This document shows positions 37,608 to 49,397 of a DNA stretch of 64,000 nucleotides, piece after piece. The position numbers and the translations under genes are program-made. The stretch covers positions 13,702,001 through 13,766,000 of the forward strand of contig NC_092400.1 of assembly GCF_030028105.1 (NCBI RefSeq), read 5' to 3'. The notes under the pieces were generated by a model. That model searched no databases and was not told where the DNA came from. It saw only the letters and a list, made by a program, of their open reading frames with translations. This DNA is from Mobula birostris. Its lineage: Eukaryota. How positions within the stretch are numbered: the stretch's first letter is position 1; every line of letters starts with the position of its first letter.

Positions 37608-39563
37608 CTGGCAGAGTTCCTCCAGCATTTTTTGCGTGTTGCTTTTGATTTCCAGCATCTACAGATTTTCCCGTGTTTGCATTTCACACTAATTATAGCT
37701 AGTTCAAGTCAGACACTGGGGTCAGGCCACTCATGTTCACAGACAAAGACTACTCTTATAAGCCCATTTTCTTCTGCTTTATCAAAGAGAATCCCACAAA
37801 TAACTCCTTGTTTGGAAATGATCTCTGATTAGCATGTCCATTTACAAGCACTTTAATCCATAAAGAGTTAATTGAAGAAATAACAAGACTAAATGTCTTC
37901 CACCACCCAGCAAGAATTAAAGACATTTGTTTGGTCTACTCACTCACTGTTCTTGACTTCTTCCATATATCTGTTCCACAGATTTTTAATTTCTTCAAGC
38001 CAACAAGATATGCCAGCCATGCCTAACTTAAAGCCAATGGATCAAATACTAAATGTTTCCCTCTTAGCTCAGCATGACTATGTTTTATCCGGGCCTTCTT
38101 GCTTCAGTGGAGAGCCAGAGATAAGATGCACCAACTTCAGGCATCCCTTCTAGATATCCCTACTTGAACATCTGACTAAAGCAAAACAAGATCTGAGCCC
38201 TACACGCACTGAATGAATATCACATTTCAATAAACAGTAATTCAGAAACAAATTTATTGCTTAAAAATGAGTTAGTAACTAACACGATCTTTATTTCTCA
38301 AAGTAATTGGGTTAGTTGAACATGCACTCTATCTGGTGGTGATGTGTGTACCTGCAGGCATGACTTTGTGACAGGCAGTACTGCAGCAAGTCTCTATCAG
38401 TGGAGTGATAGTGGTATCCAAAGGATATACATGACAAATATACGATTCATGTGGATTAAAGTCGCAAGTCTGATAAGAACATATGTTTTCTTAAAAGCTA
38501 ACTCTGAAATTTCCCTTTAGTTTTCTTCTTTTATTCAAAATAAAATTAATGGAGCATTTATTTCTGTAGCAAATCATGACACATTGTTTCTCTAAAATGC
38601 TGTTCCAAATGGTTCATGATTTAGTATTACAAAATTTATATCTTTAAGATTTAATTTTCAGCAGGGTGTTTTTTTTTTCTATTACAATGATATTCAATTG
38701 CAGTAATTCTCTTAATTCACTCTATTTTCAACCTAACACAAACCTGAAACTGCTTGGCTTTCTTGAATACATATATAATAACCATGAAAACAAGTATTTA
38801 ATTAAGATGAAACTTCAGCATTGTATTTGTAATTCAAAAAAATACTTATCCAAATCTTCACAAACGAAAACCATGTTAAACAGTATCTTAAGAAATATAG
38901 AAAGATAATTTTAAGGATTCTGCTATAGATTTTACATCAACAAATTAAAATTCCAATGAAGGTTTAATTTTTTTCCAAAACAGGTTTTCTATTAAATCCG
39001 AATTAAGAATACATTAATATTACAAAATGTATAGTCTCCTCAGCCAGACAATAATTTGCAAACATCCAACACTTGGAACCAGGAAGAAAATCAATTTTAA
39101 AGATTTTATTCTTTTGCCAAACTGTAATTCTGCTTCAGATATTATTGAACACCAGATATCAGACAAAATCTATCCTCCAAATATGTACAATTGGCAACTA
39201 CAATCAAAAATGAGTTAAGAAGCAAATACCACATATCAAGGTAAAAACCCAAGACTAATTTAAAATATTGCTATTTTAGTGGGGTGTTAGTTGAAGAATA
39301 AATCTTTTTTGTGAATCCCTCAAGATCGCAGATGGCTGGTTTTGCGATATTTGTGGTTAATGGGGCCACTCAGGGATACAGACTCTTAGACAGATGGGGT
39401 AGGTGGATACAACAGAGTGTGTAGCTTGTGACACAAAGCTGCATGATCCTGATGTTGGATCTTGAGGTTCTTAATACTATCCTAAATGGTCCAGTTTAAG
39501 CGGTCACACATCAAAGTTGCTGGTGAACGCAGCAGGCCAAGTAGCATCTGTAGGAAGAGGTGC

Positions 39564-39599
39564 AGTCGACGTTTCAGGCCGAGACCCTTCGTCAGGACT
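39564..39599 (-). ncRNA. Minimal hammerhead ribozyme motif in a short PLE-derived insertion (39505-39611)
   Basis: The reverse complement agtcctgacgaagggtctcggcctgaaacgtcgact is identical to 10248-10283; 12-bp TSD agtttaagcggt. Confidence 0.65.
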
Positions 39600-40512
39600 A
39601 ACTGAAGGAAGAGTTTAAGCGGTTATGGGCCAGAGATTTCGAAATATCAGATGCTACAACTCAAGGAGGCTTAAAGTACATTGTTGTATCTTTTACTCTG
39701 TCTAATTGATACTTTGTAACAGAGCTCAGAGAAGAATGTCCATTTTGGAGTCTGGTATCAGGCATATGAAGACAATGGCCTGTCTAGTTTAGCTGACTAA
39801 TTCTAAATAGGCTCTCAATAATGCAGATTTTGGCCTGGAAGAGGACCTCAATGTCGCATCACTTTCCATTTTACAGAAAGAGTGATGTTCATCCACTTCA
39901 GAAGGATCTCAACCAAAAATATTGATTGTTCATTTCTCTCCACAACGCAACCTGACTCCAAGTTCACCAGCAGCTCGATTTATTACATGGAAATTTTATA
40001 TTCACTCATCAGTCAGAAGTAAGGTCCATTCACCCCGCACGAATTTGTCAGTGTACATTCTGTGCTCCAGTTTAACCGAATCACAGATAACTCTAGGTTC
40101 AGTCTGTTGAATTTCATCATATTCAAAAGCTTTAAGAGTCGCCTATCTGAGAACATCAGTCCAAAGGTTACATGCAGAAATACAATGGTGTTAAAAGATT
40201 TATTTTCCAAACGATTTCAATACCAGACTTGGGTTAATGAATAGCTCAAGGAATTAGTGAACGTTTCGAGTCAATAACCTCTCAAGAAAGATTGCTTTTC
40301 TCTCTCTCCCCCCCCCCCACGGAGGCTGCCCGACCCGCTAAACATTTCCAGCATCCAGCGCTCACAGAAAGCATCAGGAGTCAATGAGGAATGGGGGTCT
40401 CACCCAAGCAAATACCAGCACGGCAGACTCTGCAGGAGTCGGTGACCGGCCAGCGTCCAGCGAGACTGGTCATTGTCAAGACTAACACCCGGCCGCACCG
40501 CCGTCCGTCGCC

Positions 40513-40996
40513 CCGTGCGTCCTCGCTCCCAGCACCGTCAGCCCCACCCCTCCGCGCGCGTCCCCGCTCCCAGCACCGTCAGCCCCACCCCCCCGCGCGC
40601 GTCCCCGCTCCCAGCACCGTCAGCCCCACCCCTCCGCGCGCGTCCCCGCTCCCAGCACCGTCAGCAGCCCCGCGCGCGCGTCCCCGCTTCCACCACCGCC
40701 AGCCCCACCCCCACCCCCAGCGCGCGTCCCCGCTCCCAGCACCGTCAGCCCCACCCCTCCGCGCGCGTCCCCGCTCCCAGCACCGCCAGCCCCACCCCCC
40801 GCGCGCGTCCCCGCTCCCAGCACCGTCAGCAGCCCCCCGCGCGCGTCCCCGCTTCCACCACCGCCAGCCCCACCCCCACCCCCACCCCCAGCGCGCGTCC
40901 CCGCTCCCAGCACCGTCAGCCCCCCCGCGCGCGTCCTCGCTCCCAGCAATGTCACCACCCCCACCCTGAGCGCGTCCCCGCTCCCAGCACCGTCAG
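40513..40996. repeat. GC-rich minisatellite, about 12 units of about 41 bp
   Basis: Unit gcgcgcgtccccgctcccagcaccgtcagccccacccctcc; unit spacing 36-52 nt. Confidence 0.95.
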
Positions 40997-40999
40997 ATT

Positions 41000-41400
41000 T
41001 CACCCCAAACCCGCGCGAGCGCCCCCGTCACTGCCCCGCCTACTGGCCGCCCCGTTGCGATGGCAGCCAAACACCAAAGAATCGCCCTTCAGCCAGGAAG
41101 AGGGGGAGCAGAGCTTATGTACATTACACAACACGTTATGCAAATGTATATAAATATAAGAAATATGTTTAGATTCTACATAATTATTTTGAGAGTATTT
41201 TAAGAACGTCCATCTTTACAAGAGCCGCTTGAATGCGGGTTGACAGCGTGGCTCCAGCTCCCCCCTCTTGTTCAACACGGGTTCTGTCGCCCAGTGACCT
41301 CTGACGTAGACGCGGGTCGGGAACATGGCGGCGCCGAGGGGGACTTGCTGACGAACGCGTGTTTCCACTGCCGGTTGGGTTTGAATCTACGAGGGGCCAT
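41000..41400. promoter_or_regulatory. Bidirectional CpG-island promoter of RITA1 and DDX54
   Basis: CpG-rich flanks around a short AT-rich core; X-box-like GTTGCGATGGCAGC at 41054-41067; CRE half-site TGACG near 41303; YY1-like AACATGGCGGC at 41322. Confidence 0.7.
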
Positions 41401-41539
41401 GGCCCAGAAGAAGAAGCGACCAAACAAGCCCAGGAAGGCGCGCATCCGCTCTCATCGGTGGGACGTGGAGGTCGAGAGCGATGGCGGCGAGTTCGATTTG
41501 GTGCCTTCGATAGAGGAGGATGCGTCGGGTGTCGGCGAG
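41399..41539 (+). CDS. DDX54: DEAD-box helicase 54, exon 1
   Basis: gccATGG Kozak context; MAQKKKRPNK...ESDGGEFD...VGE|gttggt. Resembles human MAQWRKKK...SEDGEFE. The start choice is uncertain. Confidence 0.75.
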
Positions 41540-42164
41540 GTTGGTGCTCTGGTCTTACATATTCGGTTGGGAGAGGGGTGAAGAGTAAAGGGAGAGGGCA
41601 GGATCGAGGAACATTGGGAAGTTGTGTTGATCGCGGGGTTTGGGGGTTATGAAAGGGGCAGGAATGGTCTCTGTTGAATGAGGTCTGAAAGCCTTAAAGA
41701 TGTTACCGAGGATGTCAGGCCGTACAGCTTCACTTTATAAATGTCTGTTCACTGGGCAGTGAAGTGTTGAGGGGAGTAGTTTCACAGTTTGTTCACCGAT
41801 TAGGAGAGAGGATGAAAGGGGACGTGAGAATGGTCTTTAAGTGTTTATTTGTCGGTTGCGAAGAGTAGAGAATGCTGGAACTACGCAGTAATCCAGTACA
41901 TTAGTAGGAAGAGAAACCAAGTCGCTGTTTCAGGCAAGCACGTTTTCAGAACTGGAAACGTCAGCATATAAATATGCTAGTTTTAGAGAGGGAGGAGTGA
42001 AGAGAACAGATGACATATCTCTCAAAGGCTACAGATCAAAAGTTGTCAAAATTGAAGCTGAAGAAAAGCAAATTGAAATGCATCATACTGTAATATTGGT
42101 TGGGGAAAGAAAACAAGTGGTTATTATTCCATGTTCTCATCATTCTAGTAATTGCTGGATAGGT

Positions 42165-43505
42165 TCACAGCAGATGTCATCTCATTGGCTCTTCAAACAA
42201 CCCTGGAATATCTGGACAGCAAAGGTGGATACATCAGGATGCTCTTTATCAATTACAGCGCAGCACTTGATACTAACATCCCCTCAAAACTAATCAGTAA
42301 ACTCAAGCCTGGGTCTCAATACCCACTCTTAATCCTGGATTCTTCACTTGCAGACCCCAGTCAGTTCAGATCTCCTCCAGAATCTCCATTAGCACAGATG
42401 CACCACAGGGTTGTGTGCTTAGTACCCTGCTCTTCTCGCTTTACACCATTGACCGGGTGGCTAAGTACAGGTCCAACACTATATACAAGATTGCTGATGT
42501 CACCACTGACAGTGCTGTGTGCTTAGCCCACTTGCTCTGTTCACTTTACACCTATGACTGTGGCCAAGTACAGCTCCAACACCATATACAAGTTTGCTGA
42601 TGAAACCACTGAAAGAGGCCATAGCAAAGGTGGTGATGAATCAGCATACATGAGGAGACTGAAAGTTTGCCTGAGTGGTGCCGTAACAGCTACCTGTCAC
42701 TCAATGTAAGCAAGACTTCAGCAGAGGGAAACCAGAGATCCATGAGCCAGTGCTCATTGGAGGATCAGATGTGGAGCGGGTTAGCAACTTTAAATTCCTG
42801 GGTGTTACTATCTCAGAAGACCTGCCCTGGACCCATCATAGAAATGTAACTGCAAAGAAAGCACAACAGTGTTTTTGTTTCCTTAGGAGTCTGCAGAAAT
42901 TCAGCATGACCTCCAAAACCTTGACAAATTTCTGTAGATGTGTGGTGGAGTGTACGTTGACTTGGCTGCATCATGACCTGGTATGGAAACACTAATGCCT
43001 TTGAACAGAAAATCCTGCAAAAAGTAGTGTATTCGGCCCAGTGCGTCAAGGGTATAGCCCTCCCAACCGTTGAGCGCATCTACATGAAATGCTGTTGTAG
43101 CAAATCTGCATCTATCATCAAAGGATCCCCACCACCCAGGCTGTGCTCTTTTGGTCTTTGCCATCAGGTAGAAGGTACAAAAGCCTCAGGACTCACAAAA
43201 CCAGGTTCAAGATCAGTTGCTACCCTTCAACCATTAGGCTCTGGAACAAAAGGGGATAACTACACTCATCTATTAAGATGTTCCCACAACCAATGATCTC
43301 ACTTTAAGGACCCTTGTTATTTCATGCTCTCGTTGTTTATTGTCTTTTATTTATATTTGCATATGTACAGTTTGTTTTCTTCTGTGCTCTACTTGACCTT
43401 TATTGATCCTGTTACAGTTACCACTATAGATTTGCTGAGTTCGCCCACAGGAAACATAATTTCAGGGTTGTATCTAGTAACATATATGTACTCTGAAACT
43501 AAAAT
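42165..43505 (+). mobile_element. Decayed Rex1-like LINE
   Basis: TADVISLALQTTLEYLD...YIRMLFINYSAA; VERVSNFKFLGVTISEDL; internal short duplication near 42410-42610. Confidence 0.8.
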
Positions 43506-44892
43506 TTCCTTTATTTGTTTTTATTTGTAATTGTTTTCGTTCCCCACACAAGTGAGATGATCTGTATACCACCCCAAATTCTTTCATTAAGGCCTTTGTC
43601 AGTCATTGATCACTCCTGCCCTCTGTTATCTGTCTTTGTTAAGAATAGATTCCTGTCCTTTTATCAGCCCCTGTGAAAGATCCATGCTCAATGCTGGATG
43701 TGTGGCAAGAATTAGGTTTTTATCCTTTTTCACAAAAAATTCTAGTCTCCTTGTGCCAATGTTAACCATGATTATTTGCAACTTCTGTTCTTCATGTAGA
43801 CTTTTTTATCCTTTTTAAAATTATGTTTTATGATTCAATGGGGTCATAGAATCATTAAATTATTATAGAGTAGGAGCCATTCATCTCAGTGAGTCTTATC
43901 TAAACTTCCAGTAAAACAACTGTCAAGCCTGTTCCCTTTTTCTATGTAGCATTACAAATTATCTTCTCTTATCTTGTTCGCCCTGAGTTAGTGGCTTGTT
44001 AATGTTATTTTTTAATATCAGAGCTGACCCTTTATTATCTACCCATGTTGATGGACATTTGGGGACAAAATCCCCCTCACAGGTATCGTCGTCGTGGCTA
44101 TCCCTCCAGGTCAAGGATGATGGTCTTCGTATACTACTCTTATCAAATGTGGTACCTTTCAGGATGTTTAAATAGCTTTCATAATTTGAATGTCCTATAA
44201 GAACATGTGAAGTAAAAGGTCGATTCTGCCATTGTCATTTTTAAGGATATTCACTGAAGATTTTGCATTTAGTTTGAGTGGATACTGTGAGGGTTTAAAC
44301 TAACTTGGCAGGGAGGTAGGAACCTGAGTGATAGGGCTGAGGATGGCATGTATACAAGTAGATGCAGTGTGTAAAGGTAGTGAGACTGAGGAAGGACAGG
44401 CAGATGATGAGGTTTCTGGGTACTTGGAGGCACATGATAAAATAGGCCAAAGGCAGCATAGTTTCCTTCAGGGAAACTCATGCCTGGCAAATCCTTTGTA
44501 TTTCCTTGAGGAAATAACAGGCAGGTTAGACAAAGGAGTGTTAGTGGATGTTGTTTACTTGCATTTTCAGAAGACCTTTGACAAAGTGCCGTGCATGAGG
44601 CTGCTAAACAAGATAAAAGCTCATGATATTACAGGAAAGTTACTCGCATGGATGGAAGATTGCCCGACAGGCAGAAGGCAAGGAGTTGGAAATAAAGGGG
44701 ACCTTTTCTGTTTGGCTGCTGGTGACTTGTGGTGTTTTGCAGGGATCAGTGTTGGCATCACTTCTTTTAACTTTATATGTTTATGATTTGGATGATGGAA
44801 TTGATGGCTTTGTGACTATGTTTGAGTACAATACCAAGAAAGGTGGAGGAGCCGGTTATTTTGAGGAGGCACGGAGTCTGAGGAAGGACTCA

Positions 44893-47087
44893 TAGTTGCA
44901 AGAAAAAGTTTGTGAACCTTTGTATTTAATAACTGGTAGAACCTTCTTTAGCAGCAATAACCTCCACCAAATGTTTCCTGTAGCTGCTGATCAGCGGCAA
45001 GGAGGAATTTTAGACCATTCCTCGATAGAAAACTGTTTTAGTTTATCAATACTTCTGGGATACCTCACATGAACAGCCTTCTTCAGGTCATGCCACAGCA
45101 TCTCAATTTTGTTAAAGTCTGGACAGTGACTTGGCCATTCCAAAACAAGAATTTTCTTCTTTTTAAACCATTCTGTTGTTGATTTACTCTTGTGTTTCGG
45201 ATCATTGTTCTGCTGCATCATCCAACTTCTGTTAAGCTTTAGACAACGGACCGCTACCCTAACGTTCTCCTATAAACTGCTCTGATACAATTTTGAATTC
45301 ATTGTTCTCTCAACATTTGCAAGTTGTCCAGGAACTGAGGCAGCAAAGCAGTCCCAAACCATGATGCTCCTTCCCCCACGCTTCACAGTTGGGATGAGGT
45401 TTTGGTGTTGGTGTGCAGTGCCCTTTCTCCTCCAAACTTAGCGCCTTGCATTTCTGCCAAATGGTTCAACTTTTGTTTCATGTGTCCACAGAACATTATT
45501 CCAGAAGCATTGTAGAACATCCAGGTGGTCTTTTGCAAACTTGCGACGTGCTGCAATGTTTATTTGGAGAGCAGTGGTTTCCTCCATGGTGTCCTTCCAT
45601 GAACACCATTCTTGTTCAGTATTTTTCTTGTAGTGGACACATGAACAGAGACTTTGGCATGTTCTAGAGATTTCTACAGGTCTTTTGGTGTTACCCTGGA
45701 GTAACCTTCACCTCCTTCAGCATTGCATGTTGTGCTCTTGATATGATCTTTGCAGGATGCCCACTTCTAGCAACAGTACTGAATTTTTCTCCATTTGTAG
45801 ACAATTTCTCTTACTATTTACTGATAAACACTCAGGATTTAGAAATGCTTTTGTAGCCTTTTCTAGCTTCATGCATACAATTTTTCTTCTGAGGTCCTCT
45901 GAAAGTTGTTTTGATTGAGGCATGGTGCACATAAACAGATTTTGAGAAGAACAGGCTCTGTCAGTAACCTGACATAGAAGCATAGAAAACCTACAGCACA
46001 AAACAGGCCCTTTGGCCCACAAAGCTGTGCCGAACATGTCCTTACCTCAGGAATTGCCTACGGTTACCCATAGCCCTCTATTTTTCTAAGCTCCATGTAC
46101 CTGTCCAGGAGTCTCTTAAAAGACCCTATCGTATCCGCCTTCACCACTGTCACCGGCAGCCTGTTCCACGCACTCACCACTCTGTGTGCAAAAAAAAATT
46201 TACCCCTGATATCTCCTCTGTACCTACTTCCAAGCACCTTAAAACTGTGTCCTCTCGTGCTAGCCATTTCAGCCCTGGGGAAAAAGCCTCTGACTATCCA
46301 CACGATCAATGCCTCTCATCATCTTATACACCTCTATCACATCACCTCTCATCCTCTGTCGCTCCAAGGAAAAAAGGTCGCGTTCACTCAACCTGTTCTC
46401 ATAAGACGTGCTCCCCAATCCAGGGAACATCCTTGTAAATCTCCTCTGCACCCTTTCTATGCTTTCCACATCCTTCCTATAGTGAGGTGACCAGAACTGA
46501 GCACAGTACTCCAAGTGGGGTCTGGCCAGGGTCCTATATAGCTGTAACCTTACCTTTAAGCTCCTAAACTCAATTCCACTATTGATGAAGGCCAATGCAC
46601 CGTACACTTTCTTAACCACAGAGTCAACCTGCGCAGCAGCTTTGAGTGTCCTATAGACTCAGACCCCAAGATTCCTCTGATCCTCCACACTGCCAAGAGT
46701 CTTACCATTAATACTATATCCTGCCATCATATTTGACCTACCAAAATGAACAACCTCACACTTATCTGGACTTCGTGTGTCTTTTTTAAAGGGAAGGGCA
46801 TGTCTACAATCCACACCTCCAATTTCATCTCATTGATTGGAACACCTGACTCCAAATAGGTTTTGTAGAAGCCATTACCACATAGTTTTTTGAACCCAGA
46901 CTGTGATTGTTGAAATGGTGTACTGAGTGTTGAAGAGAAGAAGTACAATTGTTTATGTGGTATTAGTTTAGGCAGATTGTAGTTGTCTAGTATTGTGACT
47001 TAGATGAAGATCAGACCACATTTTATGAGTAATTAATACAGAAAATCATGCAAAAAAGCAAAGGGTTCACAAATTTTCTTGTAACTG
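44893..47087 (-). mobile_element. Tc1-family DNA transposon, defective
   Basis: Imperfect TIRs tagttgcaagaaaaagtttgtgaacc / gggttcacaaattttcttgtaactg followed by TA. Transposase remnants MPQSKQLSEDLRRKIV and QQNNDPKHKSKST...WPSHCPDFNKIEMLW. Confidence 0.85.
45974..46768 (-). mobile_element. CR1 3' fragment nested in the Tc1 element
   Basis: ORF 46269-46619 LYRTLARPHLEYCAQFWSPHYRKD...RMRGDVIEVYK; 'ttctatg' tail at the left end. Confidence 0.88.
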
Positions 47088-48516
47088 TAGATTGGGAGAA
47101 TGGGCAAAGAAGTGGCAGATAGAATATAGTGTAGGGAAATGCATGGTCATGCACTTTAGTAAAAGGAATACTACTTCCTAAAGGAGGAGAAATTTCAAAA
47201 ATCAGAGGTACAAAGGGACTTGGGAGTCCTCGTGCAGGATGGTTAACTTGCAGGTTGAGTTGGTGGTAAGAAAAGTAAATGTAATGTAACCATTCATTTA
47301 GCGTATACTAGAATAAAAGAGCAATGATGTGATGCTGAGGCTTTATAAGGCGTTGGTCAGACTGCAGTTGAAGTATTGTGAGTAGTTTTGGGCTCCCTAT
47401 CTAAGAAAAAATGTGCTGGCATTGGAGAGGGTCCAGAGAAGGTTCACGAGAATGTTTCCAGGAATGAAATGGTTAGCATAGGACCATCTGAGGCTCTGGG
47501 ACTGTACTCGCTAGAGTTTAGAAGAATGAGGAGGGATCCCAGTGAAACCGATCAAATATCGACAGGTTTAGATAGAGTAGATATGGAGATGACGCTTCCG
47601 ATAGTGGTGGAATCTATGATCAGAGGGCACAGCCTCAGAATGGAGGGATATCCAGTTAGAGCAGAGGTGAGGTGGAATTTTCATGAGCCAAGAGTGTAGT
47701 GAAAAAAACTGTTGTGGAGGTCACGTTTTTGGATATATTTAAAGTGGAGATTGCTAAGTTCTTGATTAGTTGGTGCATCAAAGGTTACTGGGAGAAAGCA
47801 GGAGAGTGCGGTTGAGAGGGACAATAAATCAGCCATGATGGAATGGTGGCACAGACTTGGGCCGAATGGCCTGTTTCTTCTCCTATGTCTTATGGTCTTA
47901 GAAATGCAGGATGTAACCGGTGGGTAATTGATAATTGGTCATATGTACTGAGATACAGTGAAAAGCTTTTAGGATGACGTTCAGAAATATTCCACGCACA
48001 AGTATATCAAGGTAGTACAAAAAGGGAAAAAACAGAATTCATGATACAGTATTAGTTACAGAAGAAGTACTGTCACTATTGTACTAGGCTGTGTTCACAA
48101 CTCTAATTTCATGGGCAAAGAAGTGAAGATATTTCAGAAAGATTTTGTTCCATGTTTCAAAAACACTTTTTATTGCTTATTGGCATCAAAGTCAAAGATA
48201 TTTGTTGTTGTTATTTATAAATGTTCGCAAATACTATAAATCGAATTTTACATTTGTGGTTTTTTTTGCAAGTAGTTATATCCTTTAGATTTGTGAATTG
48301 GGCAACAAGTTAGACATTTTGTAATCTGTTCCTCTTGTCCCTAGTTGCATTAGTGAGAAGTTCTACATTTCTTTTGTACATCAAGTATCCACTTATGCCA
48401 TTGTCCTTACAGGTTTATATGGAAAATACATAGCTGGGACTTACTGCATCAGATGCTCATTCATTTGTTTGTGTCTTAAATGCATTGAGTTAATCTAATG
48501 TTATTTACTTCCACAG

Positions 48517-48643
48517 CACAATGTCAAATGTTTACCAAGCTTTCCTTCAGCTGATTACCAGTCTGATGTGGAACCCGACACTCGAGAGTTGGTCCGGGAA
48601 CAGAATAAGAAGAAGAAGAAATCGGGGGGTTTTCAGTCCATGG
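48517..48643 (+). CDS. DDX54: DDX54 exon 2
   Basis: ccacag|[43 protein letters not shown]|gtatgc. Confidence 0.93.
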
Positions 48644-49099
48644 GTATGCCCAACTCAACTAATACTGCAATTTCTACTTTGATTATTTAAAGTGCAGCAA
48701 TTGTAACAAATTGCTGTCCCTGAAGGCCAAAGGTGTAAACTGACTACAACACATTCCAAAAGCAAAATACTTTGGATGCGTGAAATGTGAAATAAAAACT
48801 CGAATAGCTGGAAATAAAGAGCAGCTCATGTAGTATCTGTGGAGAGTAAAAGAAAGTTAATATTTCAAGTTGATGACTTAATTAAATGAAATTTTTATAT
48901 CAATACGATTCAAAAGTAATATATGTTAGTAATTTTATTTATTACTCTGGATTTTTTAACATTCGTGATAAAAATCAGAACTTGTGACATTTTGGAAAGC
49001 AGAGAATTGGATTGGGACAGAGGTGAAAAATTGAAGTTGGTTTTTAATACTTGTGCAAAATAGTTGTTGGAAAATTAATTTTGTTTCATTTTTCCATAG

Positions 49100-49170
49100 G
49101 TTTAAGCTTTCCTGTTTTTAAGGGTGTCATGAAGAAAGGCTATAAAGTGCCGACTCCAATTCAGAGAAAG
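49100..49170 (+). CDS. DDX54: DDX54 exon 3 (Q motif)
   Basis: catag|[23 protein letters not shown]|gtgacc. Confidence 0.95.
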
Positions 49171-49397
49171 GTGACCTGTAGTAGCATTATTGTTAATTTG
49201 TTGCTCCATGAATTTTCCATGTAAGTTAGCATATCTGGAAGGAAGAGCACTATGAATGTAAGAAAATATAGTTGTATTTATTGTGTGGCAACAGCACCAA
49301 GAAGTAATAATTATTACTGGCATTAATTAATTAAAATAATATTTGGAAGTTGATAATTAAGAACTGTAAATTATCTGTGTGTGTGTGAGAGAGAGAT

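Larger units (their letters stand above)
44265..47900 (+). mobile_element. CR1 LINE remnant split by a Tc1 insertion (44265-44892 and 47090-47900)
   Basis: VDVVYLHFQKTFDKVP in ORF 44328-44786. CR1 sequence 'gaaggact...gattgggagaatgggcaaagaagtggcag' is continuous across the insertion. Confidence 0.8.

Noticed and set aside
37395-37658. ORF containing SYVDETLFG as a RITA1 paralog
   Set aside because: It is a chimera of repeat sequence and a 95-nt copied fragment, with no gene structure.
40391-41153. Pro/Ala/Arg-rich repeat proteins, or a CRISPR-like array
   Set aside because: These are translations of a minisatellite. The units are contiguous with no unique spacers, there are no cas genes, and the context is vertebrate.
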